Source: Azolla caroliniana (lineage: Eukaryota > Plantae > Polypodiophyta). Taken from it: DNA of 64,000 nt. Under the pieces are notes generated by a model, which saw only the letters and a program-made list of their open reading frames with translations, ran no database searches and had not been told where the DNA came from. Shown piece by piece: positions 1 through 13,994 of this stretch (its first letter is position 1; each line of letters begins with the position of its first letter). A program made the position numbers and the translations under genes. The stretch spans positions 124,001-188,000 of the forward strand of contig JBHGNT010000006.1 of NCBI GenBank assembly GCA_043228905.1. The letters are read 5' to 3'.

Positions 1-2559
1 TGAATGCTCAAATTTGGTAATTTCGTCATGTCTCTCGACCTGAGTTTCAAAATCTTGATTTTTTAATTCCATATCATAGCTAGCGTTGTTAGCTTCGATT
101 CGCATGTTTGTACACAAAAATCTAATATCACACGAGCCAGGTATGAACATTTTTATTTACCTACTAGCTCTTCTCAACTGAATGCTCAAATTTGGTAATT
201 TCGTCATGTCTCTCGACCTGAGTTTCAAAATCTTGATTTTTTAATTCCATATCATAGCTAGCGTTGTTAGCTTCGATTCGCATGTTTGTACACAAAAATC
301 TGATATCACACGAGCCAGGTATGAACATTTTTATTTACCTACTAGCTCTTCTTAACTCACTCCTCAAATTTGGTAATTACGTCATGTCTCTCGAGCTGAT
401 TTTCAAAATCTTGATTTTTTAATTGTATATGATAGCTAGCATTGTTAGCTTCCATTCGCATGTTTGAATACAAAAATCCGATATCACACGAGCCAGGTAT
501 GAACATTTTAATTTACTCAAGGACTCCTCTCAACTGACTCCTCAAATTTGGTAATTTCGTCATGTCTCTCGACCTGAGTTTCAGAATCTTGATTTTTTAA
601 TTCCATATCATAGCTAGCGTTGTTAGCTTCGATTCGCATGTTTGAATATAAAAATCCGATGTCACACGAGCCAGGTATGAACATTTTAATTTACCTACTA
701 GCTCTTCTCAACTCACTCCTCAAATTTGGTAATTTTGTCATGTCTCTCGACCTGAGTTTCAAAATCTTGATTTTTTAATTCCATATCATAGCTAGCGTTG
801 TTAGCTTCGATTCGCATGTTTGAACACAAAAATCCGATATCACACGAGCCAGGTATGAACATTTTAATTTCCCTACTAGCTCTTCTCAACTCACTCCTCA
901 AATTTGGTAATTTCTTCATGTCTCTCGACCTGAGTTTCAAAATGTTGATTTTCTTATTCCATATCTTAGCTAGCGTTGTTAGCTTCGATTCGCCTGTTTG
1001 TACACAAAAATCCGATATCACACGAGCCAGGTATGAACATTTTAATTTACTTAAGGGCTCCTCTCAACTCACTCCTCAAATTTGGTAATTACGTCATGTC
1101 TCTCGACCGGAGTTTCAAAATCTTGATTTTTTAATTCCATATCATAGCTAGCGTTATTAGCTTCGATTTGCATGTTTGAACACAAATATCCGATATCACA
1201 CGAGCCAGGTATAAACATTTTTATTTACCTACTAGCTCTTCTTAACTCACTCCTCAAATTTGGTAATTACGTCATGTCTCTCGAGCTGATTTTCAAAATC
1301 TTGATTTTTTAATTCTATATGATAGCTAGCATTGTTAGCTTCCATTCGCATGTTTGAATACAAAAATCCGATATCACACGAGCCAGGTATGAACATTTTA
1401 ATTTACTCAAGGACTCCTCTCAACTAACTCCTCAAATTTGGTAATTTCGTCATGTCTCTCGACCTGAGTTTCAGAATCTTGATTTTTTAATTCCATATCA
1501 TAGCTAGCGTTGTTAGCTTCGATTCGCATGTTTGAATATAAAAATCCGATGTCACACGAGCCAGGTATGAACATTTTAATTTACCTACTAGCTCTTCTCA
1601 ACTCACTCCTCAAATTTGGTAATTTTGTCATGTCTCTCGACTTGAGTTTCAGAATCTTTATTTTTTAATTCCATATCATAGCTAGCGTTGTTAGCTTCGA
1701 TTCGCATGTTTGAACACAAAAATCCGATATCACACGAGCCAGGTATGAATATTTTAATTTACTCAAGGACTCCTCTCAACTGACTCCTCAAATTTGGTAA
1801 TTTCGTCATGTCTCTCGACCTGAGTTTCAGAATCTTGATTTTTTAATTCTATATGATAGCTAGCGTTGTTAGCTTCGATTCGCATGTTTGAACACAAAAA
1901 TCCGATATCACACGAGCCAGGTATGAACATTTTTATTTACCTACTAGCTCTTCTCAACTCAATGCTCAAATTTGGTAATTTCGTCATGTCTCTCGACCTG
2001 AGTTTCAAAATCTTGATTTTTTAATTCCATATCATAGCTAGCGTTGTTAGCTTCGATTCGCATGTTTGAACACAAAAATCCGATATCACACGAGCCAGGT
2101 ATGAACATTTTTATTTACCTACTAGCTCTTCTCAACTCAATGCTCAAATTTGGTAATTTCGTCATGTCTCTCGACCTGAGTTTCAAAATCTTGATTTTTT
2201 AATTCCATATCATAGCTAGCGTTGTTAGCTTCGATTCGCATGTTTGAACACAAAAATCCGATATCACACGAGCCAGGTATGAACATTTTAATTTACTTAA
2301 GGGCTCCTCTCAACTCAGTCCTCAAATTTGGTAATTACGTCATGTCTCTCGACCTGAGTTTCAAAATCTTGATTTTTTAATTCTATATGATAGCTAGCAT
2401 TGTTAGCTTCCATTCGCATGTTTGAATACAAAAATCGGATATCACACGAGCCAGGTATGAACATTTTAATTTACTCAAGGACTCCTCTCAACTGACTCCT
2501 CAAATTCGGTAATTTCGTCATGTCTCTCGACCTGAGTTTCAGAATCTTGATTTTTTAAT

Positions 2560-5500
2560 TCCATATCATAGCTAGCGTTGTTAGCTTCGATTCGCATGTT
2601 TGAATATAAAAATCCGATGTCACACGAGCCAGGTATGAACATTTTAATTTACCTACTAGCTCTTCTCAACTCACTCCTCAAATTTGGTAATTTTGTCATG
2701 TCTCTCGACCTGAGTTTTAGAATCTTGATTTTTTAATTCTATATGATAGCTAGCGTTGTTAGCTTCGATTCGCATGTTTGTACACAAAAATCTAATATCA
2801 CACGAGCCAGGTATGAACATTTTTATTTACCTACTAGCTCTTCTCAACTGAATGCTCAAATTTGGTAATTTCGTCATGTCTCTCGACCTGAGTTTCAAAA
2901 TCTTGATTTTTTAATTCCATATCATAGCTAGCGTTGTTAGCTTCGATTCGCATGTTTGTACACAAAAATCTGATATCACACGAGCCAGGTATGAACATTT
3001 TTATTTACCTACTAGCTCTTCTTAACTCACTCCTCAAATTTGGTAATTACGTCATGTCTCTCGAGCTGATTTTCAAAATCTTGATTTTTTAATTGTATAT
3101 GATAGCTAGCATTGTTAGCTTCCATTCGCATGTTTGAATACAAAAATCCGATATCACACGAGCCAGGTATGAACATTTTAATTTACTCAAGGACTCCTCT
3201 CAACTGACTCCTCAAATTTGGTAATTTCGTCATGTCTCTCGACCTGAGTTTCAGAATCTTGATTTTTTAATTCCATATCATAGCTAGCGTTGTTAGCTTC
3301 GATTCGCATGTTTGAATATAAAAATCCGATGTCACACGAGCCAGGTATGAACATTTTAATTTACCTACTAGCTCTTCTCAACTCACTCCTCAAATTTGGT
3401 AATTTTGTCATGTCTCTCGACCTGAGTTTCAGAATCTTGATTTTTTAATTCCATATCATAGCTAGCGTTGTTAGCTTCGATTCGCATGTTTGAACACAAA
3501 AATCCGATATCACACAAGCCAGGTATGAATATTTTTATTTACCTACTAGCTCTTCTCAACTGACTCCTCAAATTCGGTAATTTCGTCATGTCTCTCGACC
3601 TGAGTTTCAGAATCTTGATTTTTTAATTCCATATCATAGCTAGCGTTGTTAGCTTCGATTCGCATGTTTGAATATAAAAATCCGATGTCACACGAGCCAG
3701 GTATGAACATTTTAATTTACCTACTAGCTCTTCTCAACTCACTCCTCAAATTTGGTAATTTTGTCATGTCTCTCGACCTGAGTTTCAGAATCTTGATTTT
3801 TTAATTCTATATGATAGCTAGCGTTGTTAGCTTCGATTCGCATGTTTGTACACAAAAATCTAATATCACACGAGCCAGGTATGAACATTTTTATTTACCT
3901 ACTAGCTCTTCTCAACTGAATGCTCAAATTTGGTAATTTCGTCATGTCTCTCGACCTGAGTTTCAAAATCTTGATTTTTTAATTCCATATCATAGCTAGC
4001 GTTGTTAGCTTCGATTCGCATGTTTGTACACAAAAATCTGATATCACACGAGCCAGGTATGAACATTTTTATTTACCTACTAGCTCTTCTTAACTCACTC
4101 CTCAAATTTGGTAATTACGTCATGTCTCTCGAGCTGATTTTCAAAATCTTGATTTTTTAATTGTATATGATAGCTAGCATTGTTAGCTTCCATTCGCATG
4201 TTTGAATACAAAAATCCGATATCACACGAGCCAGGTATGAACATTTTAATTTACTCAAGGACTCCTCTCAACTGACTCCTCAAATTTGGTAATTTCGTCA
4301 TGTCTCTCGACCTGAGTTTCAGAATCTTGATTTTTTAATTCCATATCATAGCTAGCGTTGTTAGCTTCGATTCGCATGTTTGAATATAAAAATCCGATGT
4401 CACACGAGCCAGGTATGAACATTTTAATTTACCTACTAGCTCTTCTCAACTCACTCCTCAAATTTGGTAATTTTGTCATGTCTCTCGACCTGAGTTTCAG
4501 AATCCTGATTTTTTAATTCCATATCATAGCTAGCGTTGTTAGCTTCGATTCGCATGTTTGAACACAAAAATCCGATATCACACAAGCCAGGTATGAATAT
4601 TTTTATTTACCTACTAGCTCTTCTCAACTGACTCCTCAAATTCGGTAATTTCGTCATGTCTCTCGACCTGAGTTTCAGAATCTTGATTTTTTAATTCCAT
4701 ATCATAGCTAGCGTTGTTAGCTTCGATTCGCATGTTTGAATATAAAAATCCGATGTCACACGAGCCAGGTATGAACATTTTAATTTACCTACTAGCTCTT
4801 CTCAACTCACTCCTCAAATTTGGTAATTTTGTCATGTCTCTCGACCTGAGTTTCAGAATCTTGATTTTTTAATTCTATATGATAGCTAGCGTTGTTAGCT
4901 TCGATTCGCATGTTTGTACACAAAAATCTAATATCACACGAGCCAGGTATGAACATTTTTATTTACCTACTAGCTCTTCTCAACTGAATGCTCAAATTTG
5001 GTAATTTCGTCATGTCTCTCGACCTGAGTTTCAAAATCTTGATTTTTTAATTCCATATCATAGCTAGCGTTGTTAGCTTCGATTCGCATGTTTGTACACA
5101 AAAATCTGATATCACACGAGCCAGGTATGAACATTTTTATTTACCTACTAGCTCTTCTTAACTCACTCCTCAAATTTGGTAATTACGTCATGTCTCTCGA
5201 GCTGATTTTCAAAATCTTGATTTTTTAATTGTATATGATAGCTAGCATTGTTAGCTTCCATTCGCATGTTTGAATACAAAAATCCGATATCACACGAGCC
5301 AGGTATGAACATTTTAATTTACTCAAGGACTCCTCTCAACTGACTCCTCAAATTTGGTAATTTCGTCATGTCTCTCGACCTGAGTTTCAGAATCTTGATT
5401 TTTTAATTCCATATCATAGCTAGCGTTGTTAGCTTCGATTCGCATGTTTGAATATAAAAATCCGATGTCACACGAGCCAGGTATGAACATTTTAATTTAC

Positions 5501-5700
5501 CTACTAGCTCTTCTCAACTCACTCCTCAAATTTGGTAATTTTGTCATGTCTCTCGACCTGAGTTTCAGAATCTTGATTTTTTAATTCCATATCATAGCTA
5601 GCGTTGTTAGCTTCGATTCGCATGTTTGAACACAAAAATCCGATATCACACAAGCCAGGTATGAATATTTTTATTTACCTACTAGCTCTTCTCAACTGAC
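2560..5700. repeat. 6-monomer (1068 bp) HOR, ~3 copies, nested in the 24-mer (repeated at ~6830-9970)
   Basis: TCTAATATCA occurs at 2791, 3859, 4927 and at 7063, 8131, 9199. Companion variants TTCTTAACT, ATTGTATAT and CACAAGCC follow the same period. Confidence 0.92.
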
Positions 5701-8700
5701 TCCTCAAATTTGGTAATTTCGTCATGTCTCTCGACCTGAGTTTCAAAATCTTGATTTTTTAATTCTATATGATAGCTAGCGTTGTTAGCTTCGATTCGCA
5801 TGTTTGAACACAAAAATCCAATATCACACGAGCCAGGTATGAACATTTTTATTTACCTACTAGCTCTTCTCAACTCAATGCTCAAATTTGGTAATTTCGT
5901 CATGTCTCTCGACCTGAGTTTCAAAATCTTGATTTTTTAATTCCATATCATAGCTAGCGTGGTTAGCTTCGATTCGCATGTTTGAACACAAAAATCCGAT
6001 ATCACACGAGCCAGGTATGAACATTTTAATTTACTTAAGGGCTCCTCTCAACTCACTCCTCAAATTTGGTAATTACGTCATGTCTCTCGACCTGAGTTTC
6101 AAAATATTGATTTTTTAATTCTATATGATAGCTAGCATTGTTAGCTTCCATTCGCATGTTTGAATACAAAAATCGGATATCACACGAGCCAGGTATGAAC
6201 ATTTTAATTTACTCAAGGACTCCTCTCAACTGACTCCTCAAATTTGGTAATTTCGTCATGTCTCTCGACCTGAGTTTCAGAATCTTGATTTTTTAATTCC
6301 ATATCATAGCTAGCGTTGTTAGCTTCGATTCGCATGTTTGAATATAAAAATCCGATGTCACACGAGCCAGGTATGAACATTTTAATTTACCTACTAGCTC
6401 TTCTCAACTCACTCCTCAAATTTGGTAATTTTGTCATGTCTCTCGACCTGAGTTTCAAAATCTTGATTTTTTAATTCCATATCATAGCTAGCGTTGTTAG
6501 CTTCGATTCGCATGTTTGAATATAAAAATCCGATGTCACACGAGCCAGGTATGAACATTTTGATTTACCTACTAGCTCTTCTCAACTCACTCCTCAAATT
6601 TGGTAATTTCGTCATGTCTCTCGACCTGAGTTTCACAATCTTGATTTTTTAATTCCATATCATAGCTAGCATTGTTAGCTTCGATTCGCATGTTTGAACA
6701 CAAAAATCCGATATCACACGAGCCAGGTATGAACATTTTAATTTCCCTACTAGCTCTTCTCAACTCACTCCTCAAATTTGGTAATTTCTTCATGTCTCTC
6801 GACCTGAGTTTCAAAATGTTGATTTTCTTATTCCATATCATAGCTAGCGTTGTTAGCTTCGATTCGCATGTTTGAATATAAAAATCCGATGTCACACGAG
6901 CCAGGTATGAACATTTTAATTTACCTACTAGCTCTTCTCAACTCACTCCTCAAATTTGGTAATTTTGTCATGTCTCTCGACCTGAGTTTTAGAATCTTGA
7001 TTTTTTAATTCTATATGATAGCTAGCGTTGTTAGCTTCGATTCGCATGTTTGTACACAAAAATCTAATATCACACGAGCCAGGTATGAACATTTTTATTT
7101 ACCTACTAGCTCTTCTCAACTGAATGCTCAAATTTGGTAATTTCGTCATGTCTCTCGACCTGAGTTTCAAAATCTTGATTTTTTAATTCCATATCATAGC
7201 TAGCGTTGTTAGCTTCGATTCGCATGTTTGTACACAAAAATCTGATATCACACGAGCCAGGTATGAACATTTTTATTTACCTACTAGCTCTTCTTAACTC
7301 ACTCCTCAAATTTGGTAATTACGTCATGTCTCTCGAGCTGATTTTCAAAATCTTGATTTTTTAATTGTATATGATAGCTAGCATTGTTAGCTTCCATTCG
7401 CATGTTTGAATACAAAAATCCGATATCACACGAGCCAGGTATGAACATTTTAATTTACTCAAGGACTCCTCTCAACTGACTCCTCAAATTTGGTAATTTC
7501 GTCATGTCTCTCGACCTGAGTTTCAGAATCTTGATTTTTTAATTCCATATCATAGCTAGCGTTGTTAGCTTCGATTCGCATGTTTGAATATAAAAATCCG
7601 ATGTCACACGAGCCAGGTATGAACATTTTAATTTACCTACTAGCTCTTCTCAACTCACTCCTCAAATTTGGTAATTTTGTCATGTCTCTCGACCTGAGTT
7701 TCAGAATCTTGATTTTTTAATTCCATATCATAGCTAGCGTTGTTAGCTTCGATTCGCATGTTTGAACACAAAAATCCGATATCACACAAGCCAGGTATGA
7801 ATATTTTTATTTACCTACTAGCTCTTCTCAACTGACTCCTCAAATTCGGTAATTTCGTCATGTCTCTCGACCTGAGTTTCAGAATCTTGATTTTTTAATT
7901 CCATATCATAGCTAGCGTTGTTAGCTTCGATTCGCATGTTTGAATATAAAAATCCGATGTCACACGAGCCAGGTATGAACATTTTAATTTACCTACTAGC
8001 TCTTCTCAACTCACTCCTCAAATTTGGTAATTTTGTCATGTCTCTCGACCTGAGTTTCAGAATCTTGATTTTTTAATTCTATATGATAGCTAGCGTTGTT
8101 AGCTTCGATTCGCATGTTTGTACACAAAAATCTAATATCACACGAGCCAGGTATGAACATTTTTATTTACCTACTAGCTCTTCTCAACTGAATGCTCAAA
8201 TTTGGTAATTTCGTCATGTCTCTCGACCTGAGTTTCAAAATCTTGATTTTTTAATTCCATATCATAGCTAGCGTTGTTAGCTTCGATTCGCATGTTTGTA
8301 CACAAAAATCTGATATCACACGAGCCAGGTATGAACATTTTTATTTACCTACTAGCTCTTCTTAACTCACTCCTCAAATTTGGTAATTACGTCATGTCTC
8401 TCGAGCTGATTTTCAAAATCTTGATTTTTTAATTGTATATGATAGCTAGCATTGTTAGCTTCCATTCGCATGTTTGAATACAAAAATCCGATATCACACG
8501 AGCCAGGTATGAACATTTTAATTTACTCAAGGACTCCTCTCAACTGACTCCTCAAATTTGGTAATTTCGTCATGTCTCTCGACCTGAGTTTCAGAATCTT
8601 GATTTTTTAATTCCATATCATAGCTAGCGTTGTTAGCTTCGATTCGCATGTTTGAATATAAAAATCCGATGTCACACGAGCCAGGTATGAACATTTTAAT

Positions 8701-11146
8701 TTACCTACTAGCTCTTCTCAACTCACTCCTCAAATTTGGTAATTTTGTCATGTCTCTCGACCTGAGTTTCAGAATCCTGATTTTTTAATTCCATATCATA
8801 GCTAGCGTTGTTAGCTTCGATTCGCATGTTTGAACACAAAAATCCGATATCACACAAGCCAGGTATGAATATTTTTATTTACCTACTAGCTCTTCTCAAC
8901 TGACTCCTCAAATTCGGTAATTTCGTCATGTCTCTCGACCTGAGTTTCAGAATCTTGATTTTTTAATTCCATATCATAGCTAGCGTTGTTAGCTTCGATT
9001 CGCATGTTTGAATATAAAAATCCGATGTCACACGAGCCAGGTATGAACATTTTAATTTACCTACTAGCTCTTCTCAACTCACTCCTCAAATTTGGTAATT
9101 TTGTCATGTCTCTCGACCTGAGTTTCAGAATCTTGATTTTTTAATTCTATATGATAGCTAGCGTTGTTAGCTTCGATTCGCATGTTTGTACACAAAAATC
9201 TAATATCACACGAGCCAGGTATGAACATTTTTATTTACCTACTAGCTCTTCTCAACTGAATGCTCAAATTTGGTAATTTCGTCATGTCTCTCGACCTGAG
9301 TTTCAAAATCTTGATTTTTTAATTCCATATCATAGCTAGCGTTGTTAGCTTCGATTCGCATGTTTGTACACAAAAATCTGATATCACACGAGCCAGGTAT
9401 GAACATTTTTATTTACCTACTAGCTCTTCTTAACTCACTCCTCAAATTTGGTAATTACGTCATGTCTCTCGAGCTGATTTTCAAAATCTTGATTTTTTAA
9501 TTGTATATGATAGCTAGCATTGTTAGCTTCCATTCGCATGTTTGAATACAAAAATCCGATATCACACGAGCCAGGTATGAACATTTTAATTTACTCAAGG
9601 ACTCCTCTCAACTGACTCCTCAAATTTGGTAATTTCGTCATGTCTCTCGACCTGAGTTTCAGAATCTTGATTTTTTAATTCCATATCATAGCTAGCGTTG
9701 TTAGCTTCGATTCGCATGTTTGAATATAAAAATCCGATGTCACACGAGCCAGGTATGAACATTTTAATTTACCTACTAGCTCTTCTCAACTCACTCCTCA
9801 AATTTGGTAATTTTGTCATGTCTCTCGACCTGAGTTTCAGAATCTTGATTTTTTAATTCCATATCATAGCTAGCGTTGTTAGCTTCGATTCGCATGTTTG
9901 AACACAAAAATCCGATATCACACAAGCCAGGTATGAATATTTTTATTTACCTACTAGCTCTTCTCAACTGACTCCTCAAATTTGGTAATTTCGTCATGTC
10001 TCTCGACCTGAGTTTCAAAATCTTGATTTTTTAATTCTATATGATAGCTAGCGTTGTTAGCTTCGATTCGCATGTTTGAACACAAAAATCCAATATCACA
10101 CGAGCCAGGTATGAACATTTTTATTTACCTACTAGCTCTTCTCAACTCAATGCTCAAATTTGGTAATTTCGTCATGTCTCTCGACCTGAGTTTCAAAATC
10201 TTGATTTTTTAATTCCATATCATAGCTAGCGTGGTTAGCTTCGATTCGCATGTTTGAACACAAAAATCCGATATCACACGAGCCAGGTATGAACATTTTA
10301 ATTTACTTAAGGGCTCCTCTCAACTCACTCCTCAAATTTGGTAATTACGTCATGTCTCTCGACCTGAGTTTCAAAATATTGATTTTTTAATTCTATATGA
10401 TAGCTAGCATTGTTAGCTTCCATTCGCATGTTTGAATACAAAAATCGGATATCACACGAGCCAGGTATGAACATTTTAATTTACTCAAGGACTCCTCTCA
10501 ACTGACTCCTCAAATTTGGTAATTTCGTCATGTCTCTCGACCTGAGTTTCAGAATCTTGATTTTTTAATTCCATATCATAGCTAGCGTTGTTAGCTTCGA
10601 TTCGCATGTTTGAATATAAAAATCCGATGTCACACGAGCCAGGTATGAACATTTTAATTTACCTACTAGCTCTTCTCAACTCACTCCTCAAATTTGGTAA
10701 TTTTGTCATGTCTCTCGACCTGAGTTTCAAAATCTTGATTTTTTAATTCCATATCATAGCTAGCGTTGTTAGCTTCGATTCGCATGTTTGAATATAAAAA
10801 TCCGATGTCACACGAGCCAGGTATGAACATTTTGATTTACCTACTAGCTCTTCTCAACTCACTCCTCAAATTTGGTAATTTCGTCATGTCTCTCGACCTG
10901 AGTTTCACAATCTTGATTTTTTAATTCCATATCATAGCTAGCATTGTTAGCTTCGATTCGCATGTTTGAACACAAAAATCCGATATCACACGAGCCAGGT
11001 ATGAACATTTTAATTTCCCTACTAGCTCTTCTCAACTCACTCCTCAAATTTGGTAATTTCTTCATGTCTCTCGACCTGAGTTTCAAAATGTTGATTTTCT
11101 TATTCCATATCATAGCTAGCGTTGTTAGCTTCGATTCGCATGTTTG
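2560..11146. repeat. Tandem duplication of a 24-monomer (4272 bp) higher-order unit
   Basis: Rare variants recur 4272 bp apart: TGAGTTTTAG 2711/6983, AATCCTGATT 4501/8773, AAAATATTGA 6101/10373, TTTCACAATC 6631/10903, GCGTGGTTAG ~5957/~10229. Confidence 0.93.
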
Positions 11147-12217
11147 TACACAAAAATCCGATATCACACGAGCCAGGTATGAACATTTTTATTTACTCAA
11201 GGGTTCCTCTCAACTCACTCCTCAAATTTGGTAATTACGTCATGTCTCTCGACCTGAGTTTCAAAATCTTGATTTTTTAATTCCATATCATAGCTAGCGT
11301 TGTTAGCTTCGATTTGCATGTTTGAACACAAATATCCGATATCACACGAGCCAGGTATGAACATTTTTATTTACCTACTAGCTCTTCTTAACTCACTCCT
11401 CAAATTTGGTAATTACGTCATGTCTCTCGAGCTGATTTTCAAAATCTTGATTTTTTAATTCTATATGATAGCTAGCATTGTTAGCTTCCATTCGCATGTT
11501 TGAATACAAAAATCCGATATCACACGAGCCAGGTATGAACATTTTAATTTACTCAAGGACTCCTCTCAACTAACTCCTCAAATTCGGTAATTTCGTCATG
11601 TCTCTCGACCTGAGTTTCAGAATCTTGATTTTTTAATTCCATATCATAGCTAGCGTTGTTAGCTTCGATTCGCATGTTTGAATATAAAAATCCGATGTCA
11701 CACGAGCCAGGTATGAACATTTTAATTTACCTACTAGCTCTTCTCAACTCACTCCTCAAATTTGGTAATTTTGTCATGTCTCTCGACCTGAGTTTCAGAA
11801 TCTTGATTTTTTAATTCTATATGATAGCTAGCGTTGTTAGCTTCGATTCGCATGTTTGTACACAAAAATCTAATATCACACGAGCCAGGTATGAACATTT
11901 TTATTTACCTACTAGCTCTTCTCAACTGAATGCTCAAATTTGGTAATTTCGTCATGTCTCTCGACCTGAGTTTCAAAATCTTGATTTTTTAATTCCATAT
12001 CATAGCTAGCGTTGTTAGCTTCGATTCGCATGTTTGTACACAAAAATCTGATATCACACGAGCCAGGTATGAACATTTTTATTTACCTACTAGCTCTTCT
12101 TAACTCACTCCTCAAATTTGGTAATTACGTCATGTCTCTCGAGCTGATTTTCAAAATCTTGATTTTTTAATTGTATATGATAGCTAGCATTGTTAGCTTC
12201 CATTCGCATGTTTGAAT

Positions 12218-13994
12218 ACAAAAATCCGATATCACACGAGCCAGGTATGAACATTTTAATTTACTCAAGGACTCCTCTCAACTGACTCCTCAAATTTGGT
12301 AATTTCGTCATGTCTCTCGACCTGAGTTTCAGAATCTTGATTTTTTAATTCCATATCATAGCTAGCGTTGTTAGCTTCGATTCGCATGTTTGAACACAAA
12401 AATCCGATATCACACGAGCCAGGTATGAACATTTTAATTTACCTACTAGCTCTTCTCAACTCACTCCTCAAATTTGGTAATTTCTTCATGTCTCTCGACC
12501 TGAGTTTCAAAATGTTGATTTTCTTATTCCATATCATAGCTAGCGTTATTAGCTTCGATTCGCATGTTTGAACACAAAAATCCGATAGCACACGAGCCAG
12601 GTATGAACATTTTAATTTACTTAAGGGCTCCTCTCAACTCACTCCTCAAATTTGGTAATTACGTGATGTCTCTCGACCGGAGTTTCAAAATCTTGATTTT
12701 TTAATTCTATATGATAGCTAGCGTTGTTAGCTTCGATTCGCATGTTTGAACACAAAAATATGATATCACACGAGCCAGGTATGAACATTTTAATTTACCT
12801 ACTAGCTCTTCTCAACTCAATCCTCAAATTTGGAAATTTCGTCATGTCTCTCGACCTGAGTTTCAAAATCTTGATTTTTTAATTCCATATCATAGCTAGC
12901 GTTGTTAGCTTCGATTCGCATGTTTGTACACAAAAATCTGATATCACACGAGCCAGGTATGAACATTTTTATTTACCTACTAGCTCTTCTCAACTGAATG
13001 CTCAAATTTGGTAATTTCGTCATGTCTCTCGACCTGAGTTTCAAAATCTTGATTTTTTAATTCCATATCATAGCTAGCGTTGTTAGCTTCGATTCGCATG
13101 TTTGAACACAAAAATCCGATATCACACGAGCCAGGTATGAACATTTTAATTTACTCAAGGACTCCTCTCAACTGACTCCTCAAATTTGGTAATTTCGTCA
13201 TGTCTCTCGACCTGAGTTTCAGAATCTTGATTTTTTAATTCCATATCATAGCTAGCGTTGTTAGCTTCGATTCGCATGTTTGAACACAAAAATCCGATAT
13301 CACACGAGCCAGGTATGAACATTTTAATTTACCTACTAGCTCTTCTCAACTCACTCCTCAAATTTGGTAATTTCTTCATGTCTCTCGACCTGAGTTTCAA
13401 AATGTTGATTTTCTTATTCCATATCATAGCTAGCGTTATTAGCTTCGATTCGCATGTTTGAACACAAAAATCCGATAGCACACGAGCCAGGTATGAACAT
13501 TTTAATTTACTTAAGGGCTCCTCTCAACTCACTCCTCAAATTTGGTAATTACGTGATGTCTCTCGACCGGAGTTTCAAAATCTTGATTTTTTAATTCTAT
13601 ATGATAGCTAGCGTTGTTAGCTTCGATTCGCATGTTTGAACACAAAAATATGATATCACACGAGCCAGGTATGAACATTTTAATTTACCTACTAGCTCTT
13701 CTCAACTCAATCCTCAACTTTGGAAATTTCGTCATGTCTCTCGACCTGAGTTTCAAAATCTTGATTTTTTAATTCCATATCATAGCTAGCGTTGTTAGCT
13801 TCGATTCGCATGTTTGTACACAAAAATCTGATATCACACGAGCCAGGTATGAACATTTTTATTTACCTACTAGCTCTTCTCAACTGAATGCTCAAATTTG
13901 GTAATTTCGTCATGTCTCTCGACCTGAGTTTCAAAATCTTGATTTTTTAATTCCATATCATAGCTAGCGTTGTTAGCTTCGATTCGCATGTTTG
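12218..13994. repeat. 5-monomer (890 bp) tandem duplication
   Basis: TCCGATAGCA at 12581/13471, ACGTGATGTCTCTCGACCGG at 12661/13551, and identical spurious ORFs at 12368/13258. Confidence 0.9.

Noticed and set aside
21-110. CENP-B box from TTCG motifs
   Set aside because: TTCG is present, but the required downstream A..CGGG core (TTCGNNNNANNCGGG) is not.
10-160. 10-bp phased A/T tracts implying intrinsic curvature
   Set aside because: A/T tracts exist (~10, 19, 45, 59, 116, 150), but I could not see consistent helical phasing by eye; it needs a computed periodicity test.
1-178. Identity with Arabidopsis CEN178/180 or primate alpha satellite
   Set aside because: Only the length is similar. 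The HindIII AAGCTT site and sequence I associate with CEN178 are absent (TAGCTT here), and alpha satellite is 171 bp.
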